Below, in pieces: positions 38,807 through 51,641 of a stretch of DNA of 64,000 bases. Position 1 is the first letter of the stretch, and each line of letters begins with the position of its first letter. The notes beneath the pieces were generated by a model that saw nothing but the letters and a program-made list of their open reading frames with translations, made no database searches and was not told the origin of the DNA. Source of the DNA: Octopus sinensis (Eukaryota). The position numbers and the translations under genes are program-made. The stretch is from contig NC_043007.1 in the NCBI RefSeq assembly GCF_006345805.1, positions 71,176,001 through 71,240,000 of the forward strand, in the 5' to 3' direction.

Positions 38807-40149
38807 TTATACATATATATATGACAGGTTCTTCAAAGAACCAGATATGACCAAAATGTTTTAAGTCCTTAAAGACTTATTACAATTCCTTTTCACTTGT
38901 TGGCTTCTTTGAAAGTTAAACACTGGGCTCAATATAGCTGAAAATTTTCTATTCAGTTTTCCTTGTCCTCGTCTAAACTCTTTTAATTACTTGAATTAAT
39001 CCTATGATAATTAAGATAATTTTGAAGGTATGATAAACTTCCTAAATTATTTCTACATTAACCAAGAAAACAATATGTTTTCCTGAAATAATTTGTAACT
39101 CTTTATCAATATCCAACCAAATTTCTGGGTTAGGTTTTATTCAAGCTTGGAAGCATAAAAATATGTATGTCCCACTCACCAACCCATCTGGAAACTTTAA
39201 TTTTTCTATGGCCCCCTCTAGACATTATTAAAGAAAAAAATTACTTTAATTTTGTAATAAATGGTTAATAGTACACACAGGTCACTTGCGGAAGAATTAA
39301 AATCCTTTAATAAAAATAAATTTGGAAAATTTATTGAATAATAGCAAAATTTTAAATATTAAGTGTTTTAAATTAGTTTTATTATCATGAAATTATTTCT
39401 GTGAATATTTAAAAACTGATAATTTGTAATGAAACTTTTTGGAGTAAAATTTATGATAAATAAACATTAAAAAAAATACTGTTATAACACTATAACAAAA
39501 ACACTTCAAATGACAACTAGAAAATTAATAACTTCTAAAAAACGAAAAAAAAAAAATCCTCTTGGAAAATATAAGAAGTATATCATATTACTTTTTTACT
39601 ATATTTATTCAGTGAAATCCTTGTCGCTGATGCTGTTTCACAAGATTTTCGATATCAGTCTGTGGTTTTTAGAGATGAATAGTAATTGTATCTACTTAGA
39701 ATTTCTAAGCAATTATAAGCTTTTAAAATGTTACACCATTGTTCCAAAGTTCAGCAAACAGATGCATGCGATTACTCTTAGAGAGTGCTTCCAGGTATAG
39801 GAACCTGAAAGCAGTAACATACATTTTTTTATTAGTACAAGACTTTCCAGTGTTAACTTTGATATTGTATTCATCGGTGATAAATTATCATTATTATTAT
39901 TGAAGTGTCAAAAAATAAATTGTGTGTGTGTGTAAACATTTTTGTGTTTATTTATGAATGTGTGTGTGTGTTTTTTAATGTAAATTTTAAAGAACAGTAA
40001 CTGAAAATTGTAGGAAGAAACAGAATGGTAGTTATGTGGACCACTTCCCCTCTCTGCCCACCCAATTCACAAATTTTTATGTGCCCCCCCCCCCGAACTT
40101 TTCTATGGGTCCAGGCTGGGAAAAACTGAGCTAATACATAATATTTCTC

Positions 40150-41900
40150 TGTATTATATTTTAGCAAGGTCAGTATGAAGCAGCCACTCTTAACCACTGC
40201 TGCTGTTAAAACCCATTCTTATATTACTTTTCAAACCTTGAAACAGTTATATCAGGGAAACAGCACTTCTCTTTGGCTTAATGAATGCCACGGCATGTTT
40301 TCAACAAGTGATGAGCCAAATATTTTATGGAATAACCTTAAATCTACCTTCTCATGTTTGCATGCAGTAACTCCATGAAAAACCATAATAGAAATCTACA
40401 GTTATCTCTGTTATTTGTCAAATCCCAGTTTAACACGTTTATGTAAAAACTTTTTTTCCTTTTGATCTCTAGGACTTATCTAAGAGATTCAATTGAAAAC
40501 CATAAACTCACACTTGATCTGGGTTTATTGCTTCTTCATAACTGCTTTAAAGTTCTTTCTATTTATAGAAAGGAAACTGGGAAAGCATTGAGTGGCAAGT
40601 TTATGAAAAACAAATGGGTGCTACATTTTTTTCTGATGAAGCAAGACCTTTAATCAAACATAACACATTTTTTTATTTGTCAAGAAGCTGTTCCTTTTCA
40701 AAAATATTCAGATCCACATAGAAAATGCTTGCCACCATACTATTGAGAACTTCACTGTATTTACTGTTGAGATTAATGTGTCAGATGTTGCTCTTGATGC
40801 CACATTATCACAAAAAGGCTGTCTTATATCTCTCTTTTTATCCTTTGTGTACCTTTTCTGAAATTGCATTCTTGTATCTTCCTATTAAAAAGGAAACTGC
40901 CACACTTATTTAATTTGAAATTACTTCCCAGAGAGATTCTTAAAACTATTTTACAAACCACAAAAACATCTAATTTATGATAGATAAACCTCAGAAATGT
41001 AAAATAAAGAATGATGAAATATTACATTGGACAAACTTATAGGTTTCAACATTTTCTACAGATGTGTGTAAAAGAGTTTGTATGTGCTCATGACTTATCT
41101 CAAATGTGCTGTCCTGCTCTGTGTACTCATGAGGTGTCACCTGGGAGTGAGAAGTTTGCATCATGTAACAGAAAAAAGTCTTCAGTTTTCCACTGAGGTT
41201 TTTGCAGAATTTCTTATAGTTACATAAGCTAAGACCTAAATCTTACAATTATGTGGAACAATTCCTTGTAAATGGTATTCCAGTTCAGACTGTAGAATGT
41301 ATCTCATTAGATTGTGTGGACCCTAAACAGTGAATACCTAGAAACAAATATCTCTTGGTGGTCATTGTCTTTTTGTTTTTCCTTATCTCAAACCATTGTG
41401 TAATGTCTCAAAGAGCTGTTTACATCAGGTAGATTTCCCAGCATTATTCATTATGATAAAAAGTCATGTCCCTGGAAAGGCTATGTTTTCTGAAACACCC
41501 CTAACTGTCCTACAATGTGAAAAAATCTTTCAGCTAAAGTGTAAGTTCATATTATTGATATTGTTAGATTTAAAGTCATGGAATCTTGAATTTCTTTGGG
41601 AAAAATGTCCTTTTTAAAGTAATTCATCCAATTCATTCTTTCAACTGCTACTAATGAGATACCCAATGAGCAGTTACTTCATTTTACACATCATCTTCTT
41701 TCACTGCTTCTCTCTCTTACTTCTGATCCTATCCTTATAAAAATAAGTATAAGCCAATAAAGAGAAACATACCAAAACAATAATTTAGTTGAAGAAATTT
41801 AATTACTAGAATGTATTTACAAGTTTGCCTTTGTTCAGTATTTGTCCTCAGAATCATCCAGTCATAAACCAATGCAATCATACCTGAGCATTATCTCACA
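40150..41900 (+). mobile_element. Decayed Ty3/Gypsy pol (RT - RNase H - integrase order)
   Basis: Motif relics across frameshifts: LFGLMNATACFQQVM (RT), FTVEINVSDVALDATLSQKG and LPIKKETATLI (RNase H), KIKNDEILHW, CHPGVRSLHH (IN zinc finger), VECISLDCVDP..RNKYLLVV, STATNEIPNE. Confidence 0.75.
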
Positions 41901-42679
41901 ACATTCAATGCCAAAACCTAGTTGAGAAAAGGGATTTCTGGACATAGCTATCAGAATTTAGGACAACATCCAGAGACTGCAACATAAACCATCTTGACTA
42001 CAAACTACAGGTTTCTTAAAGACCATATACACAAATACCACTTGTTACTTTTGCTATTAGAAATTTCAGTAAAAGTTCTGATGGCAAGATTGGAAATTTA
42101 TGATAAATGGCATTATTTTCCACAGATGCATGACATAAATAGTGTGTGTGTACATGTAAATAGCGTATATTTGAAACTGTCTGGCTTATGAACCATATTT
42201 AAAACTCCATCATCATCCTTACACCCTGAAACAGAAAGTTGTCTAGAAAAGTTGTGTTTAACACCAGAGTTACCTTCCATTGATCTTTATTCTTATAAAG
42301 ATCTCAGTATTCACATTGATTCTGTATGAATGCCTGATTAAGTGAAGACCTATGAGTCGTATTGGGCCTGCACTACATAATTCAGCCATGATCTACATTC
42401 AAACATGTACAAAGACATAATTATATAATTTTCAACCAACTCTAGATTTGTTATCTATGTGTCCGTCTATTTGTCTGTCTATATTTATATAAAATAGCAA
42501 TATATAATATTAACACACAAACACACACATACTACATGGATTCTGCTATCTAAATGTTTATCTTTTAGCAAACACTCCACATTAAACTAATGCATTAAAT
42601 GCATATTACAATTGTGTGAGGTAACCATGTAAAAAACCGTAGTCACCCAAAGCATATATCTACCTGTTTGATTGTCTCT

Positions 42680-42696
42680 TCCTTTGTGTATATATA

Positions 42697-42746
<50 letters not shown>

Positions 42747-42773
42747 ATGTATATGTATATGTATATATATATG

Positions 42774-42822
<49 letters not shown>

Positions 42823-42845
42823 GTATATATATATATGTATATATA

Positions 42846-42922
<77 letters not shown>
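42680..42922. repeat. ~240-bp (TA)n/(TATG) microsatellite
   Basis: Read directly. This is the longest of dozens of (TA)n, (CA)n, (CATA)n and (CAT)n tracts. Confidence 0.95.
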
Positions 42923-42924
<2 letters not shown>

Positions 42925-43016
42925 TTGTGTGTGCCACTTATCTAACTTGACAAGTGTCTTGCACAAAACTTTCTGCCCTTGAGTCACTTGCATAACTTTA
43001 TACTGATTAAAAAATA

Positions 43017-43047
<31 letters not shown>

Positions 43048-43094
43048 CACACAATGTTCTAGTTTGCTTGAAAGGTTGTAGAATTTATAGAAAC

Positions 43095-43380
43095 CAGTGT
43101 TAAATAATGGCAATGTAGTGGGATCACTAAATACAAACAATAACAGGAACAAAGATATAAATATATTGCCATGGAAATATTTAATTAGTCCCAATATTTC
43201 AGGTAAATTGCCCCCTTTCAAGAGCAGTGTTCTCTTAACTGTTGTGAGAAGTATTTTGCCTGAAATATCTGATCTAATTAAATATTTCTAAGGTAACATT
43301 TCAATGTCTATATTATTGTTATTGTTCATATTTAATATTCCAACTATATTGCCATTGCTATAGGCTCCTATAAAACACTG
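43095..43380. mobile_element. Old fold-back MITE with CAGTGTT/AACACTG termini
   Basis: Arms ~43106-43208 and 43253-43356 are diverged complements. The ORF track gives [13 protein letters not shown] on plus and NGNIVGILNMNNN on minus. Confidence 0.7.
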
Positions 43381-43408
43381 CATGTGTATGTGTGTATATG
43401 CATGTGTG

Positions 43409-43463
<55 letters not shown>

Positions 43464-43678
43464 ATGTATATATGCATACACACACACACACATATATATA
43501 CACACACATATGTATATAAACATACATACATATATATACATACAAACATATATGCATATATATATACATACATAAATATATACATGTATATATAATATAT
43601 ACATACATGCATACATATATGTATGTATATATTCATTTATATATATATATATATCAATATATATAATATATATAAAAA

Positions 43679-43734
<56 letters not shown>

Positions 43735-44436
43735 ATGTGTGTATGTGTGTGCATATGTGTAAACAGATAGGTATACAATACATAGATATATAGACATTCA
43801 GGGAATAATATTTTTTTAGTTTGAATCGGCAGAAGTTAGAAAGTGACTCAAGGGCTGAAAGTTTCATGTCTCATGCATGGCACTTATTGAAACTTGAGCC
43901 ACTTTGTAAATAGTACCAATTAACGTATGTATGTGTGTGTGTGTGTGTATATAAATATATATAATACATATATACCTGTAGCTAGGCATAGCTATGTGTT
44001 TAATAATTTCAGTTTGGATCCACAACCTTTTGAGTATAGCTCCATCTTCTCATAGCTTCAGCATCTCTTAGGACTGGATTTCTTTGGCAGAAGCTGCAAG
44101 AACGCGATTGTATATATTTTCACATTTGTTTGTATGTGTGCTTGTGTGTATGTGTTTTATTAAATACACATCTATTTTCAAGTTTTAATTTTTCTATTTT
44201 ATACCTATATTTACTTCCATGTTTGTTGCTGTTGATCTGGGACATGTAGAGTTCCTGAATCCATCTCTGTTTTCCAACTTTCCTTGAAAGCTATCAAACA
44301 GATGTACACATAATAAAAACCCTCATAAAATACAACACAAAATATATCACGTCCAGCTATTAACTCTAACTAATAATATCCTGTAGATTTACCAAAAACC
44401 CCAAATTTTTCAGTTTTAATGTTAGATCACTGTTAC

Positions 44437-44645
44437 TGAGCTGGCAGAATTATCAGCATGCTGGGCAAAATGCTTAGTGATATTCTGTCCGTCTTTTATG
44501 TTCTGAGTTCAAATTCCACTAAGGTTGGTTTTGCCTTTCACTCTTTTGGGGTTGAAGAAATATGTACCAGTCATGCGCTGGGGTCGATGTAATCGACTAT
44601 TTCCCTCTCCTAAAATTTTGGGTCTTGTGCCTAGAGTAGAAAGGA
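44437..44645 (+). mobile_element. SINE family B copy
   Basis: GAGCTGGCAGAATTATCAGCATGCTGGGCAAAATGC...GAGTTCAAATTCC. Confidence 0.8.
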
Positions 44646-44713
44646 GTATAATAGAATAGACATTATTACATAGATAGACACATGCACACACATACATACA
44701 CACACTGCATATA

Positions 44714-44947
44714 AAGGGTGTTCAAAAAAGTCTCTCCGCAGTGAATTTTTTTTCATCCTGTGCATCACCATGGCACTACTTCAAGAATTTTTTGGTGAAT
44801 GGATTATTTCAAAGAGACATTGGTCACCAAGAGCATCTGATTTAACACTGCCAGACTTTTTTTTTCTGGGGAGCAAGTAAAGATCAGTGTGCAAGAATCG
44901 CCCGAAAACCATTAAATATTTACTGCGGAGAGACTTTTTGAACACCC

Positions 44948-44949
<2 letters not shown>
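44714..44949 (+). mobile_element. 236-bp Tc1/mariner-superfamily deletion derivative retaining a catalytic-domain fragment
   Basis: ~28-bp TIRs (AGGGTGTTCAAAAAAGTCTCTCCGCAGT / ACTGCGGAGAGACTTTTTGAACACCCTG). Internal MALLQEFFGEWIISKRHWSPRASDLTLPDFF corresponds to WPPRSPDLTPxDFFLWG. Confidence 0.85.
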
Positions 44950-44993
<44 letters not shown>

Positions 44994-45204
44994 GAGAGAG
45001 AGAGAGAGGGGGAGAGAGAGAGAGAGACCAAAGTGCACGTATGCCACTATGTTTTTATATATAAAAAATACAAAATAGGCAAAATGGGACAAGAATGCAA
45101 AACATCCAGACAGGTGATACAAAAAAGGGACAACAAAACACCCATATATGTGTGTGTGTGTGTGTGTGTGTATGCATATATGTATGTGTGTGTGTGTGTA
45201 TATG

Positions 45205-45242
<38 letters not shown>

Positions 45243-45324
45243 ACTTTCCCTTTGTTAGATGATGTATGAGTGTTTGACAATTTCTTAACAAACAATCAAA
45301 TGTTTGTGTAGACAGAAGCTCACT

Positions 45325-45473
45325 CCCTCTTCATCAGATAGACATTACCTGTATAGGTGCAATGGGTGCCACATGTCAGATGTCAAAATGATCACAGAGC
45401 AACACCCGGTCTAGGAATCAAATCCACGATCTTGCAATCATGAGTGCAGCGCCTTAACTAATAAGCCATGCGC

Positions 45474-45478
<5 letters not shown>
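45325..45478 (-). mobile_element. SINE family D-like copy
   Basis: CCCGGTCTAGGAATCAAATCCACGATC...AATAAGCCATGCGC head. Confidence 0.6.
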
Positions 45479-45521
<43 letters not shown>

Positions 45522-45894
45522 GCCTTGAGTGAAATGAATTGAATGTGTCTCTTAAATTGAAGAATGTCAAGGTAGTGAGTAGGTTCTACTCTGTTTCCTC
45601 CTTTGTCATTGCCTCAAGAGACAGGTCCTGCTCAACTGGTACCCTTTCCTCATGGAAACCAGAGTGGCCATATATTTGCTTAGAGCCAGTGGCTGCATTC
45701 ATTCTGCCAAAGATTATCCACTTATAGAATTTATACCTGCATGTGTGTGAAGGGTTTATTATTATAATTTTATTTGGTTGTTCAAAGCCTGTAGATTTAG
45801 AGAAGCCATATCTGGTAAAACTTTGAAGTCATATTGGATATATGGTTTAAACAGATACTGTGTGTGTGTGTGTGTGTGTGTGCATACATATACA

Positions 45895-46300
45895 TCATCA
45901 TCATCATCATCATCGTTTAACGTCCGCTTTCCATGCTAGCATGGGTTGGACGGTTCAACTGGGGTCTGGCAAGCCTGAAGGCTGCACCAGGCCAGTCAGA
46001 TCTGGCAGTGTTTCTACAGCTGGATGCCCTTCCTAACGCCAACCACTCCGAGAGTGTAGTATATATATATATTATATATATATATATTTCTTTACTACCC
46101 ACAAGGGGCTAAACACAGAGGGGACAAACAAGGACCGACAAACGGATTAAGTCAATTTCATCAATCCCAGTGCGTAACTGGTACTTAATTTATCGACCCT
46201 GAAAGGATGAAAGGCAAAGTCGACCTCGGCCGAATTGGAACTCAGATGAAATACGGCCATGCATTTCACCCGGCGTGCTAACGTTTCTGCCAGCTCGCTG

Positions 46301-46303
<3 letters not shown>
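45895..46303 (-). mobile_element. Adjacent family A (45895-46060) and full-length family B (46086-46303) copies
   Basis: Near-consensus matches to 2200-2362 and 16384-16616. Confidence 0.9.
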
Positions 46304-46350
<47 letters not shown>

Positions 46351-46360
46351 TATATATATA

Positions 46361-46935
46361 CTGGATGCATAATATATTTGAGGACAGATTTATGTTTATA
46401 ATAATATAATAACAGATAACTTTATCAAAAAGTGCTATGAGGATAAAAATAAACCTCCTTTTCTATAATGTTATTCAATAAAACCAACTTCAGGTTCATC
46501 AACTGCTTTTATATGAGATCTAAATCATCTACATGCTCAAAGCAAGTGGTCCTGGTTCATTTTGGACGTGACTCTGATTATGGCAACTTTCAAATAAATT
46601 TGACCTTTCTTCATTATATAAGACTTGTATCTGATGTCTTCGTGGACAACATTTCTGACTGTTCATTCTGACATGTAGAGATCTTTTGTAGTTGCGTCAT
46701 TGACTTTCTGGGATTGTAGTCAATAGTCTCTTGAACTTGCAGGATAAATTCAAGTGTTCTGATGATTTCAGAGTGTTTAAAATACTTTTTATGCTTTGAT
46801 ACTGGTGATACGTTTCCATCTTCAGTCTCTAACTCCTTACAAACTTTGTAGATGAAAGGTCTGGCAACTTTTAAAAATCAAGATATTTCTAAATTGCTAT
46901 GCACAGCCTTTATAACCACAATAGCATAACTCATC
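46361..46935 (-). mobile_element. Internally deleted maT/DD37D-like Tc1/mariner element
   Basis: KVARPFIYKV...IRTLEFILQVQETIDYNPRKSM...VVHEDIRYKSYIMKKGQ joined to the C-terminal ACR*FRSHIKAV...GFIE*. TA|CTGGATGCATAATATATTTGAGG forms the terminus at 46361. Confidence 0.75.
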
Positions 46936-46937
46936 GT

Positions 46938-47299
46938 TTCTTGAGTAAGCCGAGGGTCCTAGTACTTATTCTATCAGCCTCTTTTGCTAAACCACTAAGT
47001 TGCAGTGATGTAAACACACCAAGATCAGTTGTCAAGCAATGGTGGAGAGGCAAACACAGACACACAAATGCATAGATACATGTAAATAAGGATGATAGGA
47101 AGATGATGATGATGATGATGATGATGTTATATATATATATATACAATGGGCTTCTTTCAGCTTCCATTTACAATATCCATTCATAAGGCTTTGGTTGGCC
47201 CGAGGTTATATAGTAAAAGGCACATCCCCAAGGTACCACATAGTGGGACTGAACCCAGAAACATGTGGCTGGGAAGCAAGCTTCTTACCACACAGCCAC
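46938..47299 (-). mobile_element. SINE family C copy abutting the maT 5' end
   Basis: Reverse complement of 33186-33600. Confidence 0.85.
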
Positions 47300-47810
47300 A
47301 TGTGTGTGTTTTTGTGTGTGTACATGTGTAAATGTTTATTTTCTGCAGTTTTCTTGACCTTTACAACTTACGTAATGTTGTTCATTACTAAAGGTCAGCT
47401 ATGTTGACAACCCACTGTCAACAAATTGCCTGTGAGTTCTATGTTTTCAAATATGTGTAGGCTGGAAAAAAATATACCTTCCTTGTTTGTAAAACAGGTA
47501 AGGGTTAACAATAGGAAGGTTTAATTAAATAGATATTCACCAAATCAATGTAAAAAAAAAAGCATGTAAAATGAATGATCAACAAATGAATGTGTGTACA
47601 GGAGGAAATATTTATTTGCATATGTCTTCACAAGCCATAATTTTGTGCATTTATGTTTCTGAAAACAGTATTTCCAGTAGATCATATATTGGCCTCTAAA
47701 TGTCTCCTCCAACTGATGCCAACTTGGAAAAAATGGTTATAAAAACAACAAGGTTGATAACTTGTGTGTATATGTGTATGTGTGTACATGCATAAATATA
47801 CACACATATT

Positions 47811-48220
47811 CTTTTGCACATTTCAGTCATTTGGCTGCAGCCATGCTGGAGCACCTCTTTAAAGGGATTCAGATGAACACTACAATCCCAGGATTTATTC
47901 TTTGTAAGCCTACTACTTATTCCATTGATCTGTTTTGCTGAACCATTAGGTTACAGGGACATAAGCACACTAGCATCGGTTGTCAAGCAATGGCAAGGGG
48001 AACAAACACAGACACAAAGACACACACACATAAATATGTATACATTTATGTATATATGATATGATGCTTTCAGTTTCCATCTACCAAATCCACTCACAAG
48101 GCTTTGGTCAGCTCAAGGGTGTAGTAGAAGACACTTGCCCAAGCTGCCACACAGTGGGGGACTGAATCTGGAACAATGTGGTTGGGAAGCAAGCTTCTTC
48201 AACACTCCCATGCCTGCACC
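47811..48220 (-). mobile_element. Full-length SINE family C
   Basis: Reverse complement of 33186-33675. Confidence 0.85.
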
Positions 48221-48239
48221 TATATATATATATATATAT

Positions 48240-48812
48240 ACTTTTGCCTATAAAACAAAATTCCTTAACACGTGGTTCCCACTATTGAAAAGACTGCCTC
48301 CACGCGCTGCTACTACACTTTCGTCCTTGCCAGCAAAAGGCTTCTTCGTTCGTCCCCTTGTGTGGTTGATTTCCTGTATAGTATTCTTGTTATTTTCTCG
48401 TTTTGTAACTAATTGTACTTTTTGTACATGTATTTTTATTTTTGCAGTTTTATCGTTTGTCTATGCCAGAAAAAAAGGCTTTTTCGTTCGTCCTCTTGTG
48501 TTTGTTTTTGTACATGTATTTTAATTTTGCAGTCTTATTGCTACGTCTTGTTTGTGTTCGTACTCATTTTGCCCCGCTGCTTGAAATTTTATTTTAATTC
48601 TCTCGCAGGAAGGCCTATTGGATTAGTGTTCTGTTATGCCTTCGAAACATGCCTGACTCCTCTAGCGACAGCTGATGACGGGGGTTTTGTCCTTGTGTAG
48701 CTCGTCCTGTATTTGTTTTTCGTTTTCTTGTTCTTCGTTTTCCGTTTTCTTGTTTTTTGTTTTTTGGCTTTTTCCGTTTCTACGTCTTTTTGTGATGTCC
48801 TGTACTCCCGTA
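48240..48812 (+). mobile_element. Unclassified T-rich, CpG-retaining insertion with internal direct repeats (possible PLE terminus)
   Basis: GCCAG.AAAAGGCTT.TTCGTTCGTCC.CTTGTG occurs at ~48329 and ~48466. TTTGTACATGTATTTT.ATTTTGCAGT occurs twice. Flanked by (TA)n. Confidence 0.4.
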
Positions 48813-49020
48813 TAATTATTTATATATGCATGTATATATACATGTAGATGTAGGTACGTACATATATGTTTGTATGTATGCATATATTTTTATTTATCTC
48901 CTATATATATATATATATCAATATATAAATTTATATATATGCTAATATCAAACAGTGAGAATGAGTGCTCAACACCACATTGGTGGATAAATATGACTGA
49001 CAAGGGGAGATAAGGTCCAA

Positions 49021-49298
49021 GTGGATATAGCCATATCGATGAATTCAGAGTTTGATACAGAGCATCCTAATCCTCATCTGTGACTCTTACCGCACCTAGG
49101 GTTAAACTCAAGTCCCTCTGTCAGTCTTATAAGAAAACTATTGAAATGCATACACTGATTTTAATACTGTAAAAGTGTAAACTACAAAATAATATGGGTA
49201 GCCTATTGTTGAGTTTAACTCTAGGCATGGTAAGAGTTGCTGATGTGGATGAGTTGCTCTGCACCAAAATCCGAAATCATCAATTTGGCTATATCCAC
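49021..49298. mobile_element. Fold-back element, ~90-bp diverged arms
   Basis: 49021-49111 GTGGATATAGCC...CTAGGGTTAAACTCAA pairs with 49209-49298 TTGAGTTTAACTCTAG...GGCTATATCCAC. Confidence 0.8.
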
Positions 49299-49721
49299 CA
49301 ACAGTCATTAAGATAGTTCTTTGTGGCTATTGAGTTCTTTTGACTCTTATTTCTAGCAATACTAGCACTAATTAGTACTCTCTGTCACTTTAGTGATGTC
49401 TATTAATTTGCCTTGCTAATAAGCCACCCATACATATTATATATATATGAGAGATGGTAGAATTTTTCCTTTTGACCTCAGTCATAATCAGAATTGACAT
49501 CAATACTAACTCAGTTGTCAAATTTGTACCAGAGAATTTTCAAGTGATGACTATGTTAAAGGCAATCAAAAGAAAAAAAGGAAAGAAAAAAATATATATA
49601 AACAAACCAAAAACATTGAAGAATCTTCTGGAAAAACCGTTAATGGAAATAGTAGTCATAGTGGTTATATATCATTTGAAAACGATGATGACGGTTATGA
49701 TTATATGTTTTTATATATATA

Positions 49722-50632
49722 TTGGGTAATCCCATAAATAATGCCGTTTTTCCAATTGCATGAACTAAAAGTTGGAGGTGGGTGGAATAAACTACCTAAT
49801 ATAAAAAGCAGGTAGTAATTTTACCTTGTGCTGTTCCTAGTGCAAATGTTGAAGCATGCAGTTCGATTTTAAGAGTTATTTTTTCAAAGCTATAATGGAA
49901 GTGACAAAGGAGCATATTCGGCATATTTTACTTTATGAGTTCAATAAAAGCAACAACGCAATGGAAAATGTGAGGAATATTAATGCAATATATGGGGATC
50001 GGACAGTAAGCATTTGCTAATGTCATTGGTGGTTCCAGAAATTCCAAGCCAGAAACTAAAGCCTAGAAGATGAGCCTCATCCTGGAAGATCTGTAGGGTT
50101 TGTCCTACAAACCTTGGTGGAAAAAAATCCCATCATAACTGTTGAGTAACTAGCAGAGAGGCTTAGATTTGGCCATTCAACCAGTCATTCAAGTCAGCAT
50201 TAGAAGAAAACCATCCTTGGTTTCAAGACAAAGGGTCTTCTTCCATCAGGATAATGCTTGGCTACATACAGCAAGGATGACATTCCAAAGGCTGGAGCAG
50301 TTTGAATGGGAAACGATGCCCCACCCACCATATTTGCCAAACATTGTCCATCTTATTATCATTTATTCCTCAGTTTTCAAAATCATTTGGATGGAAAAAA
50401 TATGAATTCTCTAGACGAGGTCAGAACAGCACTGGGGGAGTATTTTTTATGACAGACAAATGAATTTTGGGAGAGGGGCCTTGCAAGTCTACCAGATAGA
50501 TGGAAGAACATTGTAGAAAATGAAGGAGGGTATTATTATTATTATTATTTTGATTAATAAAGAACTTTCTTTATCTTAATTTTGAAAAATAAAAGAAGTA
50601 TAAAAATCCACATTATTTATGGGATGACCCAA
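49722..50632 (+). mobile_element. 911-bp internally deleted mariner element, transposase pseudogene
   Basis: TA target duplications and TIRs TTGGGTAATCCCATAAATAATG / CATTATTTATGGGATGACCCAA. Peptide relics are MEVTKEHIRHILLYEFNK...SLEDEPHPGR from 49895, then FFHQDNAWLH...MPHPPYLPN. Confidence 0.92.
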
Positions 50633-50847
50633 TATATATATAAGAAAAATAATGGTCATTACATATGATTCCTTTATTTGAGCAAATATGGCTTACAGCT
50701 GTTTCCAGTAATCATTATAGGGGCATTACTGATAGGTTTACTCAATTAGTCCATTGATCAATTGAGGTAAATTGAACAACCTGAGAAAATTAATGCTACT
50801 TTTGTCAGAGCCATTTCTAGATTGATAATCCTTCACTATTTGTTTTG

Positions 50848-50881
<34 letters not shown>

Positions 50882-51195
50882 GGATGAATGAGTTATCTTT
50901 TGTTTCCAGTTAACATGGAAAATTAAACAAACGGTTACCAGGGTAGCAAAATTCACGCATGTAACAAGGATGTAGCGACCTATTCAAAGGTAGAGACCCA
51001 GGGTTAATGTGCTGTAATTTGTATAGTATAAGTAACTAAATGGAATTGATTAGAAGACTACATTATTTTACACCGTTTATTCCTTTGGAATAAAACCAAT
51101 GTTGTCTTTGAAACATATGTCGAAAGTAAAAGAATTTGAATAACACCTGCATTCAACTCCATTTAATTACTTATATATATATATATATATATGAG

Positions 51196-51269
<74 letters not shown>

Positions 51270-51598
51270 ATGGATGAAGGATGGATGAATGGACGGACGG
51301 ACAGATGGATAGATGTAGTTTAATGGTAATAAAATATTTAAAATTTTATTCTTAAATTATGAAATGAAGGTGATGATCAAGCAGAATCATTATAAGATGA
51401 GATGAAATACTTTCCATCATTCATTCTGACTCTTCACATTCTTAGTTTAATTCTCAGCAAGATCAATTTTATATTTCATCTCTCTGGGGCCAGTAAAGTA
51501 AATTGGAAATCAAATACTAAGATTGATGGCATCAACTATTCTCCTTTCCCCCAAAATTTTGGGCCTTGTATTTAAATCAGGAATCATCATCATCATCG

Positions 51599-51641
<43 letters not shown>

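Noticed and set aside
50695-50785. Minus-strand acceptor/donor pair (TTTCTCAG|...|GTAAGC)
   Set aside because: All three frames contain stops for the full exon, and the shorter 39-nt version is unsupported.
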